Under the pieces are notes generated by a model. The model saw only the letters and a program-made list of their open reading frames with translations. It did no database searches and was not told where the DNA came from. Below are positions 10,193-18,691 of a stretch of DNA of 64,000 nt, piece by piece; the first letter of the stretch is position 1; every line of letters begins with the position of its first letter. The DNA is from Cyanophora paradoxa CCMP329 (Eukaryota > Plantae > Glaucophyta): positions 62,001 to 126,000 of the forward strand of contig QPMI01000165.1 in NCBI GenBank assembly GCA_004431415.1, given 5' to 3'. The translations under genes were made by a program, and so were the position numbers.

Positions 10193-10926
10193 ATGCCTCC
10201 CAAACGAAAGATAGGGATCCAGCTGGGGCTGTTGGCTATTCAGGTGGTGGAAACAATGGATCCATTAACACAGATCCACTGAAATTCAATGGTATGAATG
10301 AAGTGAAGCCCTCTCAACAACAAGAAGACCCCCTCAATGCTGCCTATGAGGAATCATTTGATGACAAAGCCCCACAGGCTTCAACCAGTGACCAACTCAA
10401 CATTTCACCTGAAGCCTCAAAGATGAAGGCTGTTGCTGAGGGAGCCAGGCGAATTATTGGTGCTGCTGATGATAAAGGTTTAGGCTTGCAAGATCTTTCA
10501 CTGGCTCGCAAAGGTGAAGGTCTAAGTAAGGAATCAGACAAGGTTATCCAGTCTATGGCTGGTGAAGTCACATATAAGACTGCTCCCACTCAAAATATTC
10601 ATCGAATTCCCAAGGCTCAATGGGATGAGGTGACTGCTAAACTCAAAGATCTGGAAGCCAAATCAAGTGCCTTGGAGCAGTATGTTACTGAGAAGAAAGA
10701 GAGGGCTAAGCTAAAGGAGATGCTTCGAAAGGAAGTATTCAAAATGGGAATTACTGGTGTCCCAGATAAACAGTTTATTGCTAAGAAAGAGAACCAAATT
10801 GATGAGCAGGCAGTAGATGAAATGAAAACAAAGACCCAAAAGGGAACCATTGAACCTGGTGCCACTAAAGCTGAAGTAGAAAAGGGAGTAGCTCCCACAG
10901 TATATAAAAGACGAGTTTGGCTTTAA
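10193..10926 (+). CDS. Hypothetical viral protein (basic N-terminus MPPKR, coiled coil); probable true start at 10193 with a 1-nt frameshift near 10208
   Basis: ORF 10294-10926 is open upstream (DRDPAGAVGYSGGG...). The ATG at 10193 follows the TAAAG motif seen before other viral ATGs. Confidence 0.6.
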
Positions 10927-10946
10927 ATATCTCACAATATTTAAGG

Positions 10947-11216
10947 ATGGAATTTATTTCGCGATTGCTGGAAATGTTTACATTTCACCTACATAGCCAT
11001 TGTGAGCAAGGCTGTTGCGATCTTGATGTGAGCATAGGAGTAAATGACAGTGATCAGGAGGATAATCTTTCTGAGGGCAGAGAGAGAAGGCATTCTGCAA
11101 TTTCTGTGGAGTCAGTGCCACCTACAGAGCATGTGAACCCACCACCTGTATTTGAATATGAGTATAGCCATGATGAGCCAATGTATAGACGCAGGGGGTC
11201 ATTCTCAGACCGGTAA
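10947..11216 (+). CDS. Small hypothetical protein (His/Cys cluster HLHSHCEQGCC)
   Basis: ATG at 10947 with the shared upstream motif; fills the gene-dense array. Confidence 0.5.
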   Translation: MEFISRLLEMFTFHLHSHCEQGCCDLDVSIGVNDSDQEDNLSEGRERRHSAISVESVPPTEHVNPPPVFEYEYSHDEPMYRRRGSFSDR

Positions 11217-11240
11217 AATATTTTTGCATTCGTATTATAA

Positions 11241-11465
11241 ATGGATTGTATTGATTTTGAGGACGAAAGTGTTGTGGAATTTGCATTAGATGATGATAAA
11301 AATGAACAGCATCGAATAAATACTCTAATCTTGAGTCGAATAAGATATAATGAAGACCCCACATATAGAGAGTATAGGAAGACAATTGCTTTGGCATCAT
11401 ATTATCGCAGAAGGGAAGAACGAGGTCTTTTAGGCAGAGGGAGGGGGAGACCAAGAAAATATTAG
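11241..11465 (+). CDS. Small protein with C-terminal AT-hook
   Basis: Ends in GRGRGRPRKY. Confidence 0.6.
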   Translation: MDCIDFEDESVVEFALDDDKNEQHRINTLILSRIRYNEDPTYREYRKTIALASYYRRREERGLLGRGRGRPRKY

Positions 11466-11476
11466 ATAGAGTAGCA

Positions 11477-11599
11477 ATGGACCCCCAGGTCTATAAGATA
11501 ATTGAGAAAAAGCGGTCTCAGTATGCTACTGAGGCAGCTATTAAAGTTTACAGACAGGAACTGGTGTTCGCAACAAAAAATGACTTAAAGAAAAAGTAG
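11477..11599 (+). CDS. 40-aa basic hypothetical protein (below ORF-track cutoff)
   Basis: MDPQVYKIIEKKRSQYATEAAIKVYRQELVFATKNDLKKK*, which fills the gap between neighbouring genes. Confidence 0.4.
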   Translation: MDPQVYKIIEKKRSQYATEAAIKVYRQELVFATKNDLKKK

Positions 11600-11648
11600 A
11601 TAGGTTGTATTGAGGAAAAATTATTTTCGTATCTACTATTAAAGAGAA

Positions 11649-11975
11649 ATGCCGAATATCCGCAAGATACTCACAGATGATGAAAAAGCAGAGAAGCTGA
11701 GACTGAAAAGGGAGCAAGATGCCCAAAGAAAACGCGAAGCCTATCATAAAAAGAAGGAGGAACGATTATCCCAAGGAGCCGCTACAGTTCACACACCAGA
11801 AGAACTCAAAAAGATTGCCCTCAGACACCAGAGGAAATACAGGGAAAATGAAGAATATCGCGAGCAGAAAAAGGCAAAAGCGCTGGAATATTACCACAAG
11901 AAGAAAGATGAACAGCCCAAGAAACCCAAAGAGCATAAACCGGTTGGAAGACCTCGGAAATATATCGAAGAATAA
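11649..11975 (+). CDS. Basic helical DNA-binding-like protein with C-terminal AT-hook
   Basis: K/R/E-rich repeats (AYHKKK, YYHKKK) and terminal PVGRPRKY. Confidence 0.7.
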   Translation: MPNIRKILTDDEKAEKLRLKREQDAQRKREAYHKKKEERLSQGAATVHTPEELKKIALRHQRKYRENEEYREQKKAKALEYYHKKKDEQPKKPKEHKPVGRPRKYIEE

Positions 11976-12193
11976 ATTCTCGATCGAACCAAATTTTGTA
12001 GAAATCGATTTGATCGGAGGCAAAAAAATGACAGCTTTCTTCCCTCTTTTTTAAAACTGTACCTATATATCGAGACAGTATCCCGACCCAAAACTACTTA
12101 AGGACTTGGCAAATAATAGGATATATATAAAAGACAATTCCTCCTTCCGAAATTATTTTCTTCGTTAAAGATAGAAGTCCCCCAAAATCGAAA

Positions 12194-14788
12194 ATGAACA
12201 AAATCGAGAAATTCGCCACCCCTGTTGAAAATGCTACATTCCTTAGTACTCTCATTGGTGATCGCAACAAGGTCACCCATGTATTTGATTCCGCCGAAGA
12301 TGCCCTTGAAGCCATTGATAATAGCAAGGTTAAGACCTGGGCTGAATGCATTCAGCCTGAACAAGTCACCAGAGTTTACCTGGACCTGGATAAATTCGCT
12401 GATTTGAAGGAGAACATTGCTGAAAACTATGCTGAGGCTGAAACTGTTGTAAGAGAGATGAGAGATAAGCTATGGAAGCGATCTGGGACCACTTCGATTA
12501 ACGATATTGCTGTTGCAGTTCGCCATAGAAGGGTTTATTTGATCAAGGAGGATGTCACCAAGTTCAAGATCTCAGCCCACTTTATCATTAAATCGCTTGC
12601 ATGCAAACATGAAGATATCCCCAAGCTTTTCAAAGCTATGGGATTGGTGAAAAATGAGGATTATGACAGTGGAGTTTACAGCTCCACACAGAACCTTATC
12701 TGCCTCAATTGCTGCAAAGGTGAGACTCTGGATGCTCAAAATAAATCAAAGAAAGATGTTGATAAAAACGTTTGCTTTAAGAAATTCGTTGACTGTGACA
12801 AAGTGTTAATGCGAAATGAGGACTTCTTTGTATCTTTCTTCTCAGCTTCTACTAAACTTGTGGATGAATCGAATATTTCTGCATTCGCAAATTATAGCCC
12901 TGAGCCAAAACCAGTTAAAAAGGAGCCAAAAAGTGATAAAGTGAAGACTGAGAAGGTAGAAGCTGAAAAAGACACTGAACCCGAAAATCCTGTTACTTTC
13001 GAACTGCTACAAAGTGTTATAATGGGTCTGAATGGTGAGAGAGCTAATGAGTATAAAACTTGGATTGATGTAGGACTGGTCATCATCAATGTTGGGGAAG
13101 ACAACAAGTTCACCCCTAAAATGCAAGCTGAACTCTTCCACCAATTCTCAGAACAGAGTGACAAGTATGATTATGATGAATGCCAGGAGAAGTTTACACA
13201 GCTTCGCAGAAGCAAGAAGAAGGCTGAGCCTGGCAAAGTGTTGACCTTCAAATCCTTGGTTTATTGGTTGAGCAAAGATAACAATGAGCTTTTCAAGGAA
13301 CTCTTCCCCAAAAAGTATGCATTCCTACCAGAGGACACAGATGAAATCGATTACAAGACTGCAAGTATCCCTCCTTTGGCTGAACATTACAATGTGCATA
13401 AGAGGTATTTCAATGCTCGAATGCATCATGTTGAAAATGTTGGTTGTGTGATGCTCTGGGATGAACAACTACTTTGCTGGATGCCCAAAGATATTGGGAA
13501 GCTCTCTACAAAGCATTTCCCCCATTTGATGCATAAGGTGATTGTGAATGAGGGGACAGATAATGAGAAAGAGAAATGGGAGCAATCATTTAGGAAATGG
13601 ATTGTGGATCCAACAGCCACAAGATCAACTTACATGGATTTCCTTCCCCCTCCTGCTACTCTCAGTGCAAAATGCAAGTCTGTATTTAATCTCTATCCAG
13701 GAATGAAGGTCGACCATCAGCAATTCGAAAATGCCCCAGAGGATGTAACTGCTGAGATGATTAAGCCTTTCCTAGATCACCTGTTCTTAATGTCTGGTGA
13801 GGATCAAAATACCTATGAATACCTGTTGAAATGGTTTGCCCACATGCTGCAAAAGCCTGGGGAACTCAATGGAGTATCCTTAATCTTCATTGGTGAGCAG
13901 GGAACTGGTAAAAATGTGTTGGTTGATACTTTCCAAAAGAAGATACTTGGAGATGCCCTAAGTTATGCAACTGGAAAGCCAAAAGAGGATCTGTTTGGTC
14001 GATTTGCCCACAATAGAGAGGATAAGATCTTGATTGTTGTGAATGAAGCCTCAGGCAAGGACACATTCGAAAATAATGATATGCTCAAAGATCTCATTAC
14101 TTCTGATAAGATTGTTATTGAACACAAAGGGATAGATTCATACACAAAAAGCAACTTTGCCAGGATTATATTTACCAGCAATAATAACATTCCAGTGAAA
14201 ATTGAAGCTGGAGATAGGCGATTTGTGGTTGTTGAAGTTAGTAAGAAATTCGCAAAGGATAGGTCATACTTCCTTCCACTTGTAAAATGGCTAAATGATC
14301 ACTGCAATATTCGAAACATTGCCCACTATTTGAGAACCAAAGTTGACTGTGAGGATGTGAACTGGATTGCTGATAGACCCCTTACAAATAAATACTATTT
14401 AGCCCAGCAGGTATGCGCCCCAATCATTCTTATGTTCACTAAGTGGCTTGTGGATCGAGGCTTAATTTCCGAGAATAAATGCAAGTCTGGTAGCCTTGTG
14501 GAAACCTGGAAGTGGTTCCAGGAGTTTATTACCAGCAACAAATATAAAAACGATTATAATAGTCGCAGATATTATACAGAAATGCGAAGTGTGACATATA
14601 TCCAAGTGAAAACTACAAATGGCAAACAATACTATCATTTCTTGTTCCCACAAGTATTTGAGGAATTCAGAAAGATGAAACTTGTAGATGATGAGACTAT
14701 TGAGGAAGAAGCTAATCCAAGGATGAAACAGGACCTACCTGCTGCTGATCCTGATGCATCAGATTATGACTCTGATGTTGAAGTTTAG
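12194..14788 (+). CDS. AEP primase-polymerase + PriCT-2 + superfamily 3 (D5-like) helicase
   Basis: AEP motifs RVYLDLD, ISAHF and YDSGVY; PriCT-2 YKTWIDVG...FHQFSEQSDKYD; Walker A GEQGTGKN, Walker B IVVNEA, sensor IFTSNN, GDRRF. Confidence 0.9.
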   Translation: MNKIEKFATPVENATFLSTLIGDRNKVTHVFDSAEDALEAIDNSKVKTWAECIQPEQVTRVYLDLDKFADLKENIAENYAEAETVVREMRDKLWKRSGTTSINDIAVAVRHRRVYLIKEDVTKFKISAHFIIKSLACKHEDIPKLFKAMGLVKNEDYDSGVYSSTQNLICLNCCKGETLDAQNKSKKDVDKNVCFKKFVDCDKVLMRNEDFFVSFFSASTKLVDESNISAFANYSPEPKPVKKEPKSDKVKTEKVEAEKDTEPENPVTFELLQSVIMGLNGERANEYKTWIDVGLVIINVGEDNKFTPKMQAELFHQFSEQSDKYDYDECQEKFTQLRRSKKKAEPGKVLTFKSLVYWLSKDNNELFKELFPKKYAFLPEDTDEIDYKTASIPPLAEHYNVHKRYFNARMHHVENVGCVMLWDEQLLCWMPKDIGKLSTKHFPHLMHKVIVNEGTDNEKEKWEQSFRKWIVDPTATRSTYMDFLPPPATLSAKCKSVFNLYPGMKVDHQQFENAPEDVTAEMIKPFLDHLFLMSGEDQNTYEYLLKWFAHMLQKPGELNGVSLIFIGEQGTGKNVLVDTFQKKILGDALSYATGKPKEDLFGRFAHNREDKILIVVNEASGKDTFENNDMLKDLITSDKIVIEHKGIDSYTKSNFARIIFTSNNNIPVKIEAGDRRFVVVEVSKKFAKDRSYFLPLVKWLNDHCNIRNIAHYLRTKVDCEDVNWIADRPLTNKYYLAQQVCAPIILMFTKWLVDRGLISENKCKSGSLVETWKWFQEFITSNKYKNDYNSRRYYTEMRSVTYIQVKTTNGKQYYHFLFPQVFEEFRKMKLVDDETIEEEANPRMKQDLPAADPDASDYDSDVEV

Positions 14789-14798
14789 GTTTACTCAA

Positions 14799-14980
14799 AA
14801 GTGGACTCATGGTTGACTCAAATTTATCATAAAAGACCCAAACAGTCTTTTATTTATGGTTTATTTATCGATTAGGTTGACTAAGTGGGGGGAGTTGACT
14901 CATTTTTTCACAGATTCTAAAAAAGGACTCTGCCCTAAAAAGAAATAAAAAGTGCCTCAACTCCACCCACTAAGTCAACC
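14799..14980. repeat. Internal iteron/inverted-repeat cassette (candidate origin), diverged direct copy of 20873-21059
   Basis: aagtggactcatggttgactca (14799-14820) is identical to 20873-20894. Inverted arms 14875-14898 and 14957-14980 match at 22/24. A 9-bp AT hairpin lies at 14829-14853. Confidence 0.8.
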
Positions 14981-15031
14981 AAAAAATGATTTAAGAGATA
15001 GAAAAATATATTTATATGTAAGTAGTAAGAA

Positions 15032-15382
15032 ATGGCTGGAACAGATCATGATTCTGGATCGATCTATATGATTGAGAGTGAAGAATTGAATAAAGTTTAT
15101 ATAGGGAGAACCTCACAGCCACTACAAAAAAGATGGAGACAACACAAATCAGGTCAAATGCCATCTACAGCAGACCTATGCAAGGCTTCTGATGTGAGGT
15201 TTTCAGTCCTTTATTCAACTAAGAAGGGTGGGCATGAAGACCTTATGAACAGAGAAGCATATTACATGTATCTCTTTGAATCTTGGATAGTCAATCTACA
15301 AAAACCGAAATCTCGATTTAGGATTAATAGGTTTTTGCGATTTCATTCAGAGGAAGCCAATGGATCCATTAAAACATTTTAA
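15032..15382 (+). CDS. GIY-YIG endonuclease
   Basis: GSIYMI...KVYIGRT...LQKRWRQH, with later E (NREAYY) and N (IVN). Confidence 0.88.
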   Translation: MAGTDHDSGSIYMIESEELNKVYIGRTSQPLQKRWRQHKSGQMPSTADLCKASDVRFSVLYSTKKGGHEDLMNREAYYMYLFESWIVNLQKPKSRFRINRFLRFHSEEANGSIKTF

Positions 15383-15442
15383 ATTGCGTTTAGAACATCC
15401 TAAAATAAAATATCCCCTTAGAATAGGAACAAGTTAGGAATA

Positions 15443-18400
15443 ATGCCCCGAATTACCAACAAACTCATAAGGGAGAAGAAATGGGAACTCATGGGATTGC
15501 TGGGAACACTTTATGCAGCCCATGAAATTACAGAGGCTGAATATGACCGGGAAATAGATTTAATTGCAAAGGGCAGACCCACTTTAAGCAGATTAACCAG
15601 AAAAGCAAATAACCTATATGATAAAATTGAAACCTTGGATGAATTGGATAGGCTTAGGCAAATAGAACCAGATGCAGAAGATGGAACAGCCATGAATGAA
15701 TTATATCGCTGGCTCACTTACAGAGCCAGAAGGGAAGTTGTTGTAGATGTGATTGAATTCCTGGATAGAATTGCTACATCCCTTCCAAATCGATTAAAGC
15801 AGGGTTTAGATCAATTCAGGGCAATCAAGGTTCGCTTGTCTTTTATCTGCAAGTTCGTTAAAGTGAGCAATCCACAGGTTTGGATATCGAAATACATTTA
15901 CAGTGATTACTTTGTATTAACCAGGTCGAGAAATATTCGAACTGAGCTGAATAAAGCAGCCCAAATGTGTCAGGAGCAGATGAATGTGGTTGATAGCTAT
16001 CGCTTAGAAAGAATTGAAATACTCAGAGTGGCTATTATGAGTTATGCTCCAACTGGTGGTTGCTTTCTACAAACCCCAGAGTGGATTGCTAGGAAGAGAG
16101 CCACAGTGAATATTCGAAATATTGATGATTCCTGCTTCGAAAATGCGATTTTAGCCTCGATTTACAGAAAATCTATTAACTCCCATAAGAGGAATGAGCT
16201 TTCACAATATCGCAAATGGAAATACTCAGCAATCGCTTATAATCCGCTGGCTCTCAATTTCGACAATATCCCATTCCCTGTTGCCTGTGATGCTGAAATA
16301 ATTGATAAATTCGAGGCTCAAAATGCAGGCATTAGCATTAATATATTCGGAATCGATGGAGAGGTTGTTTATCCCCTGCATCAATCCAGTAACCCAGGCA
16401 GAAAGCATAAGGTTAATCTCATGCTGATATTTGATGATGAAGGGAATGGTCATTATATTACAATCATGTCCCTTTCAAGATTATTGAAAGTAAACCATGA
16501 AACATACAATGATCAGAAGTTACACTACTGTGACACATGCTTATCTCGATTCAGGTCTGAGGCTAAACTCACTGCTCATGTGGACTCAAATAGATGCATT
16601 GACTGGAGACTCTCAAAGGGAATCACCCCTAAACCTGAGACCACCATAGAGTTTGGACTGAAAAACCTCAGGAAAACTGTGTGGCTTCCTGTTGTGGTCT
16701 ACTGCAAGATTGAACATAGAAGCATCCCCATTGATGCATCGAAATCCAAGAGGGAAGTTTCAGCAGTCAACCTTAGAGTAGTCACTGGGGAAGATGTTCA
16801 AGATTTTCGATTTGAGGGGCAGGATCCAATGGGAGGTCTCTTTGAATGCTTGGAGTCCAAAGCAAGAGAGCTGATCGATTTTCTGTTTACCAATATTCCC
16901 ATGAATGAACTCACAGATGAGCAAAAGGCTGTTTACAGGGCTACTAAACACTGTTACCTTTGCAGTGAGAGGTTCACCAAGGAGAACTTCAAATGCAGGG
17001 ATCATGATCACCACACAGGTCAGTACATTGCTCCTGCATGCAGAAACTGCAATCTACATAGGAGAATCTCAAAGCAAACAAAAGTAGCAGTGGTTGTTGA
17101 CCAAATGGATGACTGTGGGACATTCATTTTCAGAAAAATAGCAGGCATGGGTGATAAAAAGCGAATCGAAATCCTTTCGAAAAACTTTGATCAATACCTT
17201 TCATTGCAATGGGGTCTTTACAAGTTCATTGATGCAAGTAATTTTATGGACTTTGGGGCTGCTGATGTAGATGAGTTAATGAGCAAATTCCAGGCTTTCA
17301 GAAGGCTTTCACACTCAGTATATGGATTGGACCCAGTTCATTATGTATCTGCACCTGGGTTATCTTGGGATGCTATGCTTAGGACCACCAAGGCAAAAAT
17401 AGAGCTTATAAGTGATGTAGAGCAATACGAATTTGTTGAGAGGGGAATCAGGGGTGGCTTTGCAACAATGCCTTGTAGGTATGCTGAGGCTGATGGTGAA
17501 AACTCCCACATTATGCTGTTTGATGCTAACAACTTGTATGGCTACTGTTTGAGTCAGCCAATCCCAGTTGGTGATTTTAGATGGGAGACCGAATTCAACC
17601 CACAAGATAACAGATCCAGTTTCCTGGAAGTTGATCTGGATTACCCAATTAGGCTGTTTCTAGATCACAGTGATTTCCCCCTAATTATTAACAAGAAAAT
17701 AGTAGAATATGCCGAATTATCACAATATCAAAAAAGCCTATTGGATCTCTCAGGAGAAGAGCTTGATAAGACCCCTAAGCTAACTGCAACCTTTGGTTCT
17801 GTGACCAACTATGTGATTTCTGAGCCTCTTCTACAGTATATTCTGACCAAAGGTGTGAAACTTAAAAAGGTTCACAGGGTCCTATCATTTACTGTGGCTC
17901 CTGTAATGAAATCTTATATTGAGCTGAACACTGAGATGAGAAGGAAAGCAGTGAATAAATTCGAGGCTGATTTCTATAAGCTCATGAATAACTCAATCTA
18001 TGGGAAATGCATTGAATCTTGCAGGGGTAGATCTGTGGTTAAGATTGCAAACAGTGAGAAACTATTTATGAAATATGCAGCCTCTCCTTTAGTGAAATCA
18101 ACAAGTCCCATAAGTGAAAGGGCAGTTGCATTTGAGTTTTACACAAAACATGTGAAGCTAGATAAGCCAGTTGCTATTGGGGCTTATGTTTTGGATGCTG
18201 CCAAACTGCATAATTACCAGTTCTTCTATGATACTGTGAGGTCCCAATGGTCAAAAGCAAAGTTGCTATTCCATGATACTGATTCCTTCTGTCTATATAT
18301 TGAATCTCACACCCTCCAAAAGGACCTGGGGAATATCTCTTATGCATTGGACCTTGGAGGTGATTCAAGAATGACCCCAGGTAAATACAAAAATGAAATG

Positions 18401-18688
18401 CCAGGTTCTGCTATATTAGAATATGTGGGTCTGAGAGCCAAAGTTTACAGTTTCAGAACTGCTGAGATTGAGAGAAGTAAGCTCTCTGGGACTTCCACTG
18501 GGGAACTCCAATTTAATGATTTTAAGCAGTGTTTATTTGCAGGTATCAGCAAGACTGTGACTGCAAAGCAGAAAAGAAGGGCAGATCACACAATAGTAGA
18601 CACTGTGAGTAGAAGGGTTGCCCTGAACTGCTTTGATGCAAAGAGATACATCTTACCAGATGGTATTAATTCTGTTCCTTTTAATTAA
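15443..18688 (+). CDS. Protein-primed family B DNA polymerase (Polinton-type) with vOTU-like, zinc-finger and EndoVII-like domains; 3'-5' exonuclease degenerate
   Basis: Pol motifs FDANNLYG, KLMNNSIYGK, FHDTDS and GLRAKVYS; GLDPVHYVSAPGLSWDAML and ERGIRGG; EndoVII-like CYLC...RDHDHHTG...CRNCN; DDSCF...GHY vOTU-like dyad; CDTC...H zinc finger. Confidence 0.93.
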   Translation: MPRITNKLIREKKWELMGLLGTLYAAHEITEAEYDREIDLIAKGRPTLSRLTRKANNLYDKIETLDELDRLRQIEPDAEDGTAMNELYRWLTYRARREVVVDVIEFLDRIATSLPNRLKQGLDQFRAIKVRLSFICKFVKVSNPQVWISKYIYSDYFVLTRSRNIRTELNKAAQMCQEQMNVVDSYRLERIEILRVAIMSYAPTGGCFLQTPEWIARKRATVNIRNIDDSCFENAILASIYRKSINSHKRNELSQYRKWKYSAIAYNPLALNFDNIPFPVACDAEIIDKFEAQNAGISINIFGIDGEVVYPLHQSSNPGRKHKVNLMLIFDDEGNGHYITIMSLSRLLKVNHETYNDQKLHYCDTCLSRFRSEAKLTAHVDSNRCIDWRLSKGITPKPETTIEFGLKNLRKTVWLPVVVYCKIEHRSIPIDASKSKREVSAVNLRVVTGEDVQDFRFEGQDPMGGLFECLESKARELIDFLFTNIPMNELTDEQKAVYRATKHCYLCSERFTKENFKCRDHDHHTGQYIAPACRNCNLHRRISKQTKVAVVVDQMDDCGTFIFRKIAGMGDKKRIEILSKNFDQYLSLQWGLYKFIDASNFMDFGAADVDELMSKFQAFRRLSHSVYGLDPVHYVSAPGLSWDAMLRTTKAKIELISDVEQYEFVERGIRGGFATMPCRYAEADGENSHIMLFDANNLYGYCLSQPIPVGDFRWETEFNPQDNRSSFLEVDLDYPIRLFLDHSDFPLIINKKIVEYAELSQYQKSLLDLSGEELDKTPKLTATFGSVTNYVISEPLLQYILTKGVKLKKVHRVLSFTVAPVMKSYIELNTEMRRKAVNKFEADFYKLMNNSIYGKCIESCRGRSVVKIANSEKLFMKYAASPLVKSTSPISERAVAFEFYTKHVKLDKPVAIGAYVLDAAKLHNYQFFYDTVRSQWSKAKLLFHDTDSFCLYIESHTLQKDLGNISYALDLGGDSRMTPGKYKNEMPGSAILEYVGLRAKVYSFRTAEIERSKLSGTSTGELQFNDFKQCLFAGISKTVTAKQKRRADHTIVDTVSRRVALNCFDAKRYILPDGINSVPFN

Positions 18689-18691
18689 GAG

